Shown here in pieces: positions 24,175 to 34,600 of a stretch of 64,000 nt of DNA. This stretch comes from Candidatus Pelagibacter sp. TMED166 (lineage in GTDB: Bacteria; Pseudomonadota; Alphaproteobacteria; Pelagibacterales; Pelagibacteraceae). Position 1 is the stretch's first letter. Each line of letters opens with the position of its first letter. Below the pieces are notes generated by a model. It searched no databases and had not been told where the DNA came from. It saw only the letters and a program-made list of their open reading frames with translations. The DNA is taken from positions 4,641-68,640 of the forward strand of contig NHHP01000001.1 of NCBI GenBank assembly GCA_002171015.1, given 5' to 3'. The translations under genes and the position numbers were made by a program.

Positions 24175-25111
24175 AATTATAAATCTCCTTAACAGAGTTA
24201 TCGGTTCCAACGGAGCTAAGTTAAGGAAAAGGGATGAATACATGTATTGGTCACCTTTCATTTCACATCACAAACCTAAGCTACAAATAAATATATCCAC
24301 TGGTAAATGGCATTGTTGGGTATCGAATGTCGGTGGTCGTAATCTATTTCAGTTGTTGAAAAAGGTTGGAGCTACGAAAGAACAATTCTCTGAACTATCC
24401 GAGCTTGTTGATGATATACCACGATATAAACCAACAGAGGATAAGGTTGAATTTGTACAATTACCTAAAGAATATAGACCACTTTGGAACGGTGGTGATA
24501 GTATTGTTAAAAGACATGCTCTCAGCTATCTCTACAAACGTGACATTACGGATGAGGATATATTGAAATATGACATAGGTTACTGTGACTCTGGTCTGTA
24601 TTCAAACAGAATAATCATACCATCATATGATTCAGATGGTAAACTAAATTTTTTCGTAGGTAGAGATTTTTATAATGGTAAAATGAAATATCGTAACTCG
24701 ACCACCAGTAAAGATATAATCGGATTCGACTTATTTATAAATTGGGACGAACCAATAATATTATGTGAGGGTGTATTTGATGCTATGGCTTTCAAAAGAA
24801 ACGCGATACCTTTATTTGGTAAAACGGTCATGAATAATTTGATGAAAAAAATAATTGAATTTAGAGTAAAAACTTTATATTTAGCATTAGATAAAGATGC
24901 TATAGATGATGCTGTTCAGATAACTGAACAATTTATCAACCATGGTATAGAGGTCAGAATGATGAATTTCGAAGAAAAAGACCCAAGCGAAACAGGTTTT
25001 TCAAAATTGTTATATTTAATAGATAGAACAAAGAAAACAAAGTTTTCAGATTTGATGAAGGTAAGATTGAATGGCAAAACAAAAAGACATATGGAGATTC
25101 AACGACGATGA
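24167..25111 (+). CDS. DnaG-type (TOPRIM) DNA primase with degenerate zinc-finger region
   Basis: TOPRIM motifs IILCEGVFDAMAF (E-G-x-x-D) and YLALDKDAIDDA (DxD). The N-terminal WSPFISHHKPKLQINISTGKWHCWVSNVGG aligns with CPFH.EKTPSF....CFGCG..G but keeps only one Cys. Confidence 0.75.
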   Translation: MNKIINLLNRVIGSNGAKLRKRDEYMYWSPFISHHKPKLQINISTGKWHCWVSNVGGRNLFQLLKKVGATKEQFSELSELVDDIPRYKPTEDKVEFVQLPKEYRPLWNGGDSIVKRHALSYLYKRDITDEDILKYDIGYCDSGLYSNRIIIPSYDSDGKLNFFVGRDFYNGKMKYRNSTTSKDIIGFDLFINWDEPIILCEGVFDAMAFKRNAIPLFGKTVMNNLMKKIIEFRVKTLYLALDKDAIDDAVQITEQFINHGIEVRMMNFEEKDPSETGFSKLLYLIDRTKKTKFSDLMKVRLNGKTKRHMEIQRR

Positions 25112-25289
25112 GTGGAAAGTCCATATTGACAACGATAAATTATGTGAAGAAGTTGTTGACCGCTTTGGTTTACACCGCTCCACTATATACTATGAAAATG
25201 GTGGACTCTCTGAAGAGACCGCTTGGGATATAATCGTACCTAATTCCAAAATCAACAAAGTCAAAAAATATCTAAAGGATAATACTTGA
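25071..25289 (+). CDS. hypothetical protein
   Basis: 72-aa ORF overlapping the primase 3' end by 41 nt. Its TGA overlaps the TTG start of the next gene (TTGA). Confidence 0.45.
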   Translation: MAKQKDIWRFNDDEWKVHIDNDKLCEEVVDRFGLHRSTIYYENGGLSEETAWDIIVPNSKINKVKKYLKDNT

Positions 25290-28200
25290 TACAACAAAAA
25301 ATCAAAGTTCCATTTCGTAAATTAAAACACATACACCACATTTCAGACATTCAGATTCGTAATCTCAAAAGACATAAAGAGTACGAACAAGTATTTGAAG
25401 GTCTGTATTATGAAGTTAGGAAAAATAAAGATAACGCTGTTGCTTATATCGGTGGTGATATAGCACATTCTAAAACAGATATGTCACCAGAACTTATCGA
25501 CCAACTGTCTAGGTTGTTTAAAAATCTTGCTGATATATGTCCAACGATTATCATAGCTGGTAATCACGATTGTAATTTAAATAATCTGAATAGAATGGAT
25601 TGTTTAACTCCGATTGTAGAAAATTTAAACCATTCTAATTTACACTATCTGAAAAGGACGGGTGTCTATACTTGTGCAGATACTGATTTTATCGTATGGG
25701 ATGTATGGGATAAGGAAAAAGATTATATCAAAGCGAAAGATGTACCGGGTGATAGAACTAAGGTTGTCCTTTTTCACGGAACTGTAGATAAATGTGAAAC
25801 TGATTTGGGATTCAACCTACCATCCGATGTCAAGATAACTAAATTCAAAGGATATGATTTAGGATTACTAGGTGATATTCACAAAAGACAACATCTTAAT
25901 AAAGAAGAAACCATCTCCTACTGTGGTTCATTGGTTCAACAAAATCATGGTGAGGATATCGGTAAAGGTTATTTGCTATGGGATGTTTCGACTAGAAAAT
26001 CAGAATACATTGAGATTCCTAATGAGTATGGATATTATACGGTCAATATAGATAAGAATACCCTACCAGATTTATCGGATTTACCGAAAAAACCAAGACT
26101 ACGAGTCAGAGTATCTAACACCAAACCATCCGAGTTGAAAAAGCTCATGGCTAAAATACATAAGATGGCTAACGTACAAGAATCAGTCATAAGTAGGGTT
26201 GATGGTTTATCGACTGAAAAGATTCGTGATAATAAAATAAACATCGGTGATGTCAATAGTGTTGATTATCAACTTAAATTAATAAGTGATTATTTGAATA
26301 ATAATTATTTTATAGATGATGAGATGATGGTTAAGATAAAGAATATTTTGACTGAACTGAATACCAACATACCTGATGCCGATGTACAAAGAAATATAAA
26401 TTGGAAACTTAAAAAATTTGAGTTTTCAAATATGTTTTCATATGGAGAGAATAACACCGTTGATTTCACAAAACTAAACGGTATAATCGGTATGTTTGCA
26501 CCAAATGCCACCGGTAAATCAGCTTTGTTGGATTCTTTATGTTTTTGTTTATTTGATACCTCGTCTAGAGCCTATAAAGCTGATAATATAATTAATAATT
26601 CAAAATCTACAATGAGTTGTAAAGTCAACTTCGAGATAGATGGTATAGATTATTTTATAGAAAAGAAAGGTAAAAAGAATCTAAGAACAGGTCATGTAAA
26701 AGTGGATGTTCAATTTTACCTTATCGATGAAAGTGGAGAACGTGTAAGTTTAAATGGTGACCAAAGAAGAACAACACAAAAAAATATTCAAAACGTAATC
26801 GGTAGTTTTGACGAATTTATTTTGACAACAATGAGCTCACAAAATAATTCCACCGTGTTTATAGATAAGACACAAAAAGAAAGAAAAGAATTATTATCTC
26901 AGTTCATGGGATTGACAATATTCGACAGATTATATACGTTAGCAACAGAGGATATAAAAGAAGTAGATACACTTCTTAAAAATTTTAAAAAGGCTGATTA
27001 CGATACTGAATTAGCTAACATCACACAAGAATTATATTTACTTGAGGATAAACATAAAAAATTTAAATCCGATGAAAGAAAAGTAAAAAAAGAAATCAAA
27101 GAGGTTTTATCGACGATAAAAGAACAAACAGTAAGATTAAAACCCATCGATACAAATGTTCGCGACATATCTTTATTATCCAAAGAAAAAGATAAACTAG
27201 ATAGTTTATTATATAATGTTGATGAACAATTAGCTACCACTAAGACACAAGTCAAAACATTTTCTTTAGAACAAAAAGATTTTAACACTAGAATAAAACA
27301 ATATGAAAAAGATAATGTAAGTGAAAAGTATTCTAGATTAGAAAAACTAGAGGATGAAAGAGATTTGTTTCAGATAGAAATAGACAAGCTCAAGATAGAA
27401 GTTAGACAAAAATTAGATAAGATAGATAAACTTGGTAATTTGACCTACGATGAAGATTGTGATGATTGTATGAGTAATCCGTTTACACTTGACGCCATTG
27501 AAACAAAGAAAAATCTCGACAAGGATAAATTGTTAGCTCAACAATATGTGACTAAGAAAAAAACCATGGAAGATAGAATACAAAAAATGTTTAAGGTCAG
27601 AGCTTTTAAAACAGACCTAGATTCGTTGATGGAGCAACTTCATTCGTTGAACGTGAAAGAAACCCATACGAAAACACAACAAAATTTATTAGAAGAAAAA
27701 AGAAATAATATCTTCAATCAGTTGAATTCAATAAACCTTGAGATACAAAAATATCACAATCATGAAAAAGATATTCTGTTCAACTCACAGATTGAATCCG
27801 AGGTGGATAATCTACAGAACCAAAGCGATAATTTAGATTATCAGCTGGATACCGTATCCAATAAGGTTAAAAAATTATATGCTGATATCAAAGTTCTGAA
27901 GACTAATGAAAAACAAATCAATGATAATATTACCAAGGTTGAAAAACTCGAAGGTGACCATCAAGCGTATCAGTATCTATTAGAAGCGATTAGAAGAGAT
28001 GGTGTACCATATGACTTGATTAGTAAATCACTCCCAACTGTTGAAGGAGCGGTTAACGATATTCTCTCACAAATAGTGGATTTCAGTATTATATTCAATA
28101 TGGATGGAAAAGTAATCGATACACATATCGTATACGATGATGATAGAGTATGGCCACTTGAATTGAGTAGTGGTATGGAAAGATTTATATCTTCATTGGC

Positions 28201-28441
28201 TATTCGTGTCGGTTTGTTGAATGTCTCTAATCTACCACGCTCTAATTTTCTAGCCATCGATGAGGGTTGGGGAACCATGGATAGTGAAAACATAAATTCA
28301 GTCTATAGTTTATTTCAATATCTAAAAACACAGTTTCAATTCTCACTTATAGTATCTCATATCGATTCAATGAGAGATGCCGTAGATACTTTACTAGAAG
28401 TAAAGAAAGATGGTTCGCATAGTAATATTATTTTTGATTAG
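25286..28441 (+). CDS. fused SbcD/Mre11-like phosphoesterase + SbcC/Rad50-like ATPase (T4 gp47+gp46 equivalents in one chain)
   Basis: TTG start. The N-terminal 350 aa carry calcineurin-type motifs HISDIQ, GGDIAH, AGNHD, LFHGTV, LLGDIH. Next comes Walker A APNATGKS (26498-26521), then a long heptad-rich region with a central CDDC hook (27458-27469). The C-terminal part has LSSGMERF signature, Walker B FLAIDEG and VSHI. Confidence 0.8.
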   Translation: MIQQKIKVPFRKLKHIHHISDIQIRNLKRHKEYEQVFEGLYYEVRKNKDNAVAYIGGDIAHSKTDMSPELIDQLSRLFKNLADICPTIIIAGNHDCNLNNLNRMDCLTPIVENLNHSNLHYLKRTGVYTCADTDFIVWDVWDKEKDYIKAKDVPGDRTKVVLFHGTVDKCETDLGFNLPSDVKITKFKGYDLGLLGDIHKRQHLNKEETISYCGSLVQQNHGEDIGKGYLLWDVSTRKSEYIEIPNEYGYYTVNIDKNTLPDLSDLPKKPRLRVRVSNTKPSELKKLMAKIHKMANVQESVISRVDGLSTEKIRDNKINIGDVNSVDYQLKLISDYLNNNYFIDDEMMVKIKNILTELNTNIPDADVQRNINWKLKKFEFSNMFSYGENNTVDFTKLNGIIGMFAPNATGKSALLDSLCFCLFDTSSRAYKADNIINNSKSTMSCKVNFEIDGIDYFIEKKGKKNLRTGHVKVDVQFYLIDESGERVSLNGDQRRTTQKNIQNVIGSFDEFILTTMSSQNNSTVFIDKTQKERKELLSQFMGLTIFDRLYTLATEDIKEVDTLLKNFKKADYDTELANITQELYLLEDKHKKFKSDERKVKKEIKEVLSTIKEQTVRLKPIDTNVRDISLLSKEKDKLDSLLYNVDEQLATTKTQVKTFSLEQKDFNTRIKQYEKDNVSEKYSRLEKLEDERDLFQIEIDKLKIEVRQKLDKIDKLGNLTYDEDCDDCMSNPFTLDAIETKKNLDKDKLLAQQYVTKKKTMEDRIQKMFKVRAFKTDLDSLMEQLHSLNVKETHTKTQQNLLEEKRNNIFNQLNSINLEIQKYHNHEKDILFNSQIESEVDNLQNQSDNLDYQLDTVSNKVKKLYADIKVLKTNEKQINDNITKVEKLEGDHQAYQYLLEAIRRDGVPYDLISKSLPTVEGAVNDILSQIVDFSIIFNMDGKVIDTHIVYDDDRVWPLELSSGMERFISSLAIRVGLLNVSNLPRSNFLAIDEGWGTMDSENINSVYSLFQYLKTQFQFSLIVSHIDSMRDAVDTLLEVKKDGSHSNIIFD

Positions 28442-28583
28442 AATATAATATCCTCTTCGTACATTTTTGTTTTATCAATTCCTCTAACAAGGCATACATT
28501 TTATATCCGTGATGTTTAGAGTAATCTTTTAACATATCACGAAACTCTTCTCTGATTTTTATGTTAACAAATTTTTCTTTCAT
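28428..28583 (-). CDS. ribbon-helix-helix (Arc/CopG-like) small DNA-binding protein, 51 aa (not in ORF track)
   Basis: Minus-strand ATG at 28583-28581, TAA at 28430-28428. Product: MKEKFVNIKIREEFRDMLKDYSKHHGYKMYALLEELIKQKCTKRILYSNQK. It shows a short beta-strand (VNIKI) followed by two amphipathic helices, and it fills an otherwise gene-free 245-nt gap. Confidence 0.5.
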   Translation of the reverse strand: MKEKFVNIKIREEFRDMLKDYSKHHGYKMYALLEELIKQKCTKRILYSNQK

Positions 28584-28686
28584 ATCTATAATTATCATTT
28601 AACTACTTTTTAACCACTTTAGGAATACTTTCTATTTATTATTTTTGGATATTGATATTTATATTAGATATATAGGAACATTCTAA

Positions 28687-31600
28687 ATGGGATTTTTACC
28701 AAAGCGTTTAACATTACAGAATCTAGACCAAGTAAGTGTTTTCATCGAAGACACCGATAATCAATATTTTAACGTACAACACCTGCCAGAGACCCTAAGT
28801 CAAGGTAGACATGCTTTTAAACTATTTGGCTCGAACTTACTACGTGAAGGGATAGAATTAAAAATGGAGTTACTCGATTCTGAGGGTAACACTATTTTCA
28901 TGACACCTGTTGATTTTATAGGTGAAGAGACCCCACCGCATACCCCATATAGATATGTAACGATTGAAGTTTACTCCCCACCAATAAATTATCCTGGTAT
29001 CGCGACTCTGACCATTCTAGGTGAATTGAATCCTAATTTAGTCGATGTACCTATAGAATTTCAAAATGCGTACAACGTTAGATATCAGGTAGATATTGAT
29101 GTTGATTTATCAACAATTGTTAACACTCAACCTATTAGATTTTTTAAGAATCCAACTACAGAGTTTCAAGAGGTTGTTCAGGCAAAAACAGTACTATCTC
29201 CAATTAGTGAGTCAATTGTAAAGACAACCGCGAACGGATTGACAAGGTCGGATTTAAAAGGTTCGGTCATTGAGATACAATCAGGTAGTCTTGAGAAAGA
29301 AGCTCTACCTAATTCTGTTTCGGATACATTTAAGGATATCAGACGTTTTAAGGATGAGTTTAAATATAAGACAGGTCTAAGAGGTAAGGTTCCTAGCATT
29401 ATAAAAAGACGAGGATTGTCTAGAAGGTTCGCGTCTTTGGAACAACCAAAGTTTAAAATCAAAACATCAGCTGCGACATTTAGATCTGATATGCAGGGTG
29501 GGACGGTAGAAATTGGTAAACACGATGTAAAAATATTCACGGTCGATAGTATAACTGGTCAGACAAAGGAGAAGGTCGTAACCGTACCAAGATTCAAAAC
29601 CAAGATTCTAGAGGTTCTTGATGATAAGACAATCATACCAGAAGAACCACCTATAGTATTTTTACCAACTGGTAGTCAACCTTCAAACACCGACATACAA
29701 GAAGCTACGATAGAGGATTTCTCAAGTGCACCTATTACAGCATCTTTCAGTGCTGCTGATAGTTCACCATCCCAATCAATAGTAAACTTCGATTCCTTAC
29801 TTGATTTAACAATCAAGGATATGAGGACTTTTTCTGGTGATATATATAGGATACGAGTTCATGGAAAAAGTGAGGCTGCTGGTTCAGATTTCACAGTATT
29901 GACTGATGTCATAGTAGAATCACCAGAGTTATTAAAGGATGTAGATTCTCCGTCTGGTGTGCTACGAACAGGTTATTTTATCAATCAGTCACATATCAAT
30001 ACCTATTTAAACAAATTTTCAATGGACGGAACCACCAAGGGTACTAATGTAATATCAAACTATAATTCATCAAACATTATTGACGCTATAAATATTAGTG
30101 GTTCCAACCTAGGTTTGAATCAAAGTGTGGTCGTTGAAACTAAAATAGGACAATCATTTACCATTAGAAAGGATGTTACCTATACTTTATCGGCAAAAGT
30201 TAAAGGACAGATAAAAGACAAAGTTTTAGATGATAGTGGAACTGTTTCAAGAAAAGGTAAATTATATTTCCATCTGTCTGGTTCGAATATAAATGATTCA
30301 TCTCTCGTAACATCTCACAATAGATTTGGGTTTGAACTTAGGGATGAGGCGACCGGAGAGCCTGTTGTTTTACAATTAGATGAAGATATAGATGGTATTC
30401 AAAACTTCGAAACAATAGAACATACTTTTAAACCAAAATTTAATCTAGATAGGACTGTAAACACAGATACAGTCTTACAGTTGAGAGCTGAGTCTGGTGA
30501 ATGGTTTATAAGTGATTTATCTCTTAGACCAGCAATGGACACTGGATTCTCACCTGATGAATTTGATTTAAAAGTTCCGATACCGAGGTCTATAAGACCT
30601 GATAGATTTGATTTTCTAATAGAATATTTTGATATCAACAACAACGTGGCTGAAACCGTTACGGTATTACAAGATGTACCGATATCTGGTTCAGCATTGG
30701 TAATCGATGGTGATGGTAACCTTTTGACAGGATCTTTATTCCTAGGTAACGCTGTTGATTCAGGTATTGAAGCTGCTGGTGTAAACTCGGCATTCGTTAG
30801 GTCTGTTGGATATGAGGGTTTTGAAAGTGCATCTCTAGGTGGTAAGGGTGGATTCATGATTTTCAGCGGTTCTGTCTTACCCGACGCACCTGATAATTAT
30901 GTAGGTGCTGGTATTGAGATACATGATGGAACCACAGGTGTTGATGAAAGTTTTCTAAAATTTAGAACCAATCCATCACAGTTCGATGTTAAGACCTCGA
31001 CATTCTTTTTAGGTAAAAAATTAAATCCAGCAAATTTCATAAGTGGGTCTAACGGTAACCTACAAATATCCTCATCTAATTTTGAGTTGACCGCAGATGG
31101 TGATGTGACGATGTCTGGTGAGATTTCTGCTACTGGTGGAGCAATAGGTGGTTTTGATATCGGTAGTTCAACAATTTCTACCACGGGTGTCGTTCTTGGG
31201 GACTCATCAGAGGATTTATTTATTAGCTCAAGTGCTTTTAAAGTAGACCATAGTGGTAACATAACTGCATCTAATATAGATTTGGGTGGTACAATAAGTG
31301 CTACAAGTGGTGATGTTGGTGGATTTCAAATCAATGCAGGTTCGTTGACATCTGGTACCGGTGATAGTGCGATAACCATGAGTAGTGCTGATAAATTAAT
31401 ATCGATTGGTAGTGGTTCTACTTTCAATAAAGGTGATTTACGAGGTGGGTTTAGAGCCGGAATAGATACCGATGGAGTGTTCAAATTTGCTATTGGTAAT
31501 TCTGATTCATTCATACACGTTGATAACGATGGAGTAAGTATCAAGACAGAGGACATCAATGTTACAGCTTCGTTATTGAATATTGATGTCGATATATTTA

Positions 31601-34600
31601 GACTTAACGCTAATAATTTATTTATAAGTTCAAGTGAAGGTGGTATAATATCAGCTGGTAATCCTAGACCAACCGATATAGACGGAACCAATAAAGGTTT
31701 CTTCGTCAATGGTAGTACTGGTAAAGTGTTATTAGGTAATTCCAATGGTAGTCATATAAAATTTGATGGGACTAATACGAGTATTTCGTCATCGGCTTTC
31801 TTCCTAGGTTCGGAAGCTCAATTCGTAAGTGGTTCGAATGGTAATATAGAAATAAGTTCTAGTAATTTCCATCTCACAAATGCTGGTGATGTTACGATGG
31901 CTGGAACTATTACCGCGACCGCTGGTCAATTGGGTGGATTCGGAATCAGCAGTGACGCGATATCATCTGATAATTTCTTTATAAGTGGTGGAGCTGAGAA
32001 TAATGAATTCTTTATCTCATCATCAGCGTTCAACGTAAAAGCTAGTGGAAATGTTACAGCTTCAGCATTACAACTTAGTGGTGGTAGTGCAGGTGGATTG
32101 GTCGTAAGTGCTGGACAAATCGGTGTCGGTGAAATTCTGAAACTAAAGGATAGTGGACAGATAACAGGTTCGTCGGTTTTATTCACAGGTGGTAAGATAG
32201 CTTCATTTGATATAACAGATAATGTATTGAGTAACTCCCCAAACTTTTTTATAAGTGGTTCAGCGACAGGTAATAATTTTTTCATATCATCATCTAATTT
32301 CAACGTTAAGGCAAGTGGTGATGTATCAGCTTCAGCTATTCTATTAGGTGATAAAAGTGGTGGTCAATTTTTACAATTCGCGGGTGATACATTAACCGTA
32401 CAAGGTAATATATCTGCTGATAGTATATCGACCCCATCAGCAGCGGCTACACCTAGCTCGTCTTTATCATCAGATGGTCTGTTGAAAACAGTATCGGCTT
32501 CAATCGGTGGTTTTGAAATTGATGACCACAGTATACGAACAAGCGGTATAGAATTCAATAACTCAACACAACCTATATTCATAAGCTCAAGTGCTTTTAA
32601 AGTAGACCATAGTGGAAATGTCACTGCTAGTAATGTTGATTTAAGTGGTAAGATAACGGCAACTAGTGGAGAAATCGGTGGATTTAATATCGATAGTGAT
32701 GAAATAAAAAGTGGAACAAATATTAGTTTGAATTCAAACAACAAATCATTATCGATAAACAATAGTACGTTTGGAAATACCGGTATACAATTACAGTTCA
32801 ATAGTGGTACACCAAGAATGTTCGTTGGACAACAATTAGGTGAGTTCTTCAAGTTCGATGGAACTAATGTAGAAGTCAGCTCATCAAAATTTTTCTTCGG
32901 TAACAATACTAATTTTATAAGTGGTTCGTTGGGTAACATCAGTATACAGAGCAGTGGAGTTACCACCTTAAGTGGAAGTCAAGTCACAATACAAACACCA
33001 AAATTTTTCTTTGGTGGAGACTCACAATTCATAAGTGGTTCTAATGGCAATATAGAAATAAGTTCTAGTAAGTTTCATATCCAACCAGATGGTGATGTCA
33101 TCACAAACGATATTACCGCATCAAACGCAAACGTTAGTGGTAAGATAACCGCTACTTCTGGTGAAATCGGTGGATTCACGATAGGTGATGATTTATCAAA
33201 TAGTGCTGGTAGTACATTGAAACTCAAAGGTAGTACCGGTCAGATTACAGCCTCGGCAGCAAACATAACTGGTGATATTACTGCCGATACAATCACAGCT
33301 AATACAGCTGGGACTATTGCTAACTTCGAAATTAGTTCTACGGAAATAAAATCATCGAACAACCTTTTAAGATTGAAGTCAAATGGACAGATTACAGGTT
33401 CATCAGCACAAATCGCAGGTAACATTACTGCCACAAGTGGTCAAATAGCTGGATTTACAATTAGTGGTAATGAGTTGACCGCAACTAATTTTACTTTAGA
33501 CGCGAGTGGTAAATCGATATCACTTGGAACTGGTAATACAATTTTTATAGCGGATGCTGATGAAGGTATACAACTAGGACATGCCTCTTTCAATAGTGCT
33601 CCGTTTAGTGTAACTAAGGCTGGAGAGTTGAAAGCAACATCAGGCACTATTGGTGGTTGGAGTTTAAGTGCAAACACAATAGTAGGTGCTAATCTAACTT
33701 TAAATTCAAGTGGTCTGATAGAAACAAATGATTTCGCAAGTGGAGTCAAAGGTTTCAGATTAGATTCTACCAACAACGGACAAGCCGAGTTCGAGAATAT
33801 ATCGATTCGTGGTACTTTGAAAACAACAGTATTCGAAAAAGAAACTGTAAACGCTGTTGGTGGTCAGTTATATGTTGCGAACTCTACAACACTTACTGGT
33901 TCTTTAGCCATATCCGCTAGTGCAGCTACGATGAGTGTCGTCAATGTTACCGGTTTTACAGGTAGTTATGCGAATGATGGTGAAATACTAGTTGCTAAAA
34001 AAATAACCGACACAGGTTTTTCAACAGAATATATTTTAGTACAAAGTGCGTCACGAGATAATCCGTCAAGTGATACCGATTTCTCTGGTAAACTATTCGT
34101 TGTCAGAGGATATCAAAGTGGTAGTAGTGGGGACTTCCTAGGTGATAACGCTAATTTGTCTCAATCATTGGCACCTGGTCAGGTATTGGCTTCAACTGGT
34201 AGGATAGGAACAGGTTATATCAGATTAAATGCTAATCCAAATGATACCACAACACCATTTATAGATATTGTTGAAAGAACTGGTAGTGGTGTATTCGATG
34301 TAGATTTAAAAGCTAGACTCGGTGATTTGAGTGGGTTGAGTACAACGAAGTTACATGGAACCGACCCAGCAAACGCTGGTTTCGGACTCTACAGTCAAAA
34401 TGTTTTTCTCGAAGGTGGGATAGTTGCCAACACAGGTTCTATCGGTGGTATAGAAATGGAAGCTGGTAAACTATACAACGGAGTTGGTGTACACGGAAAT
34501 TCTAATACAGGTTTTTATGTCGATAGTTCCAGTAAATTTAGTTTGGGTGATAAGTTGGTTTGGGATGGAAGTGATTTATCTGTCGAAGGTTCAATAACCC

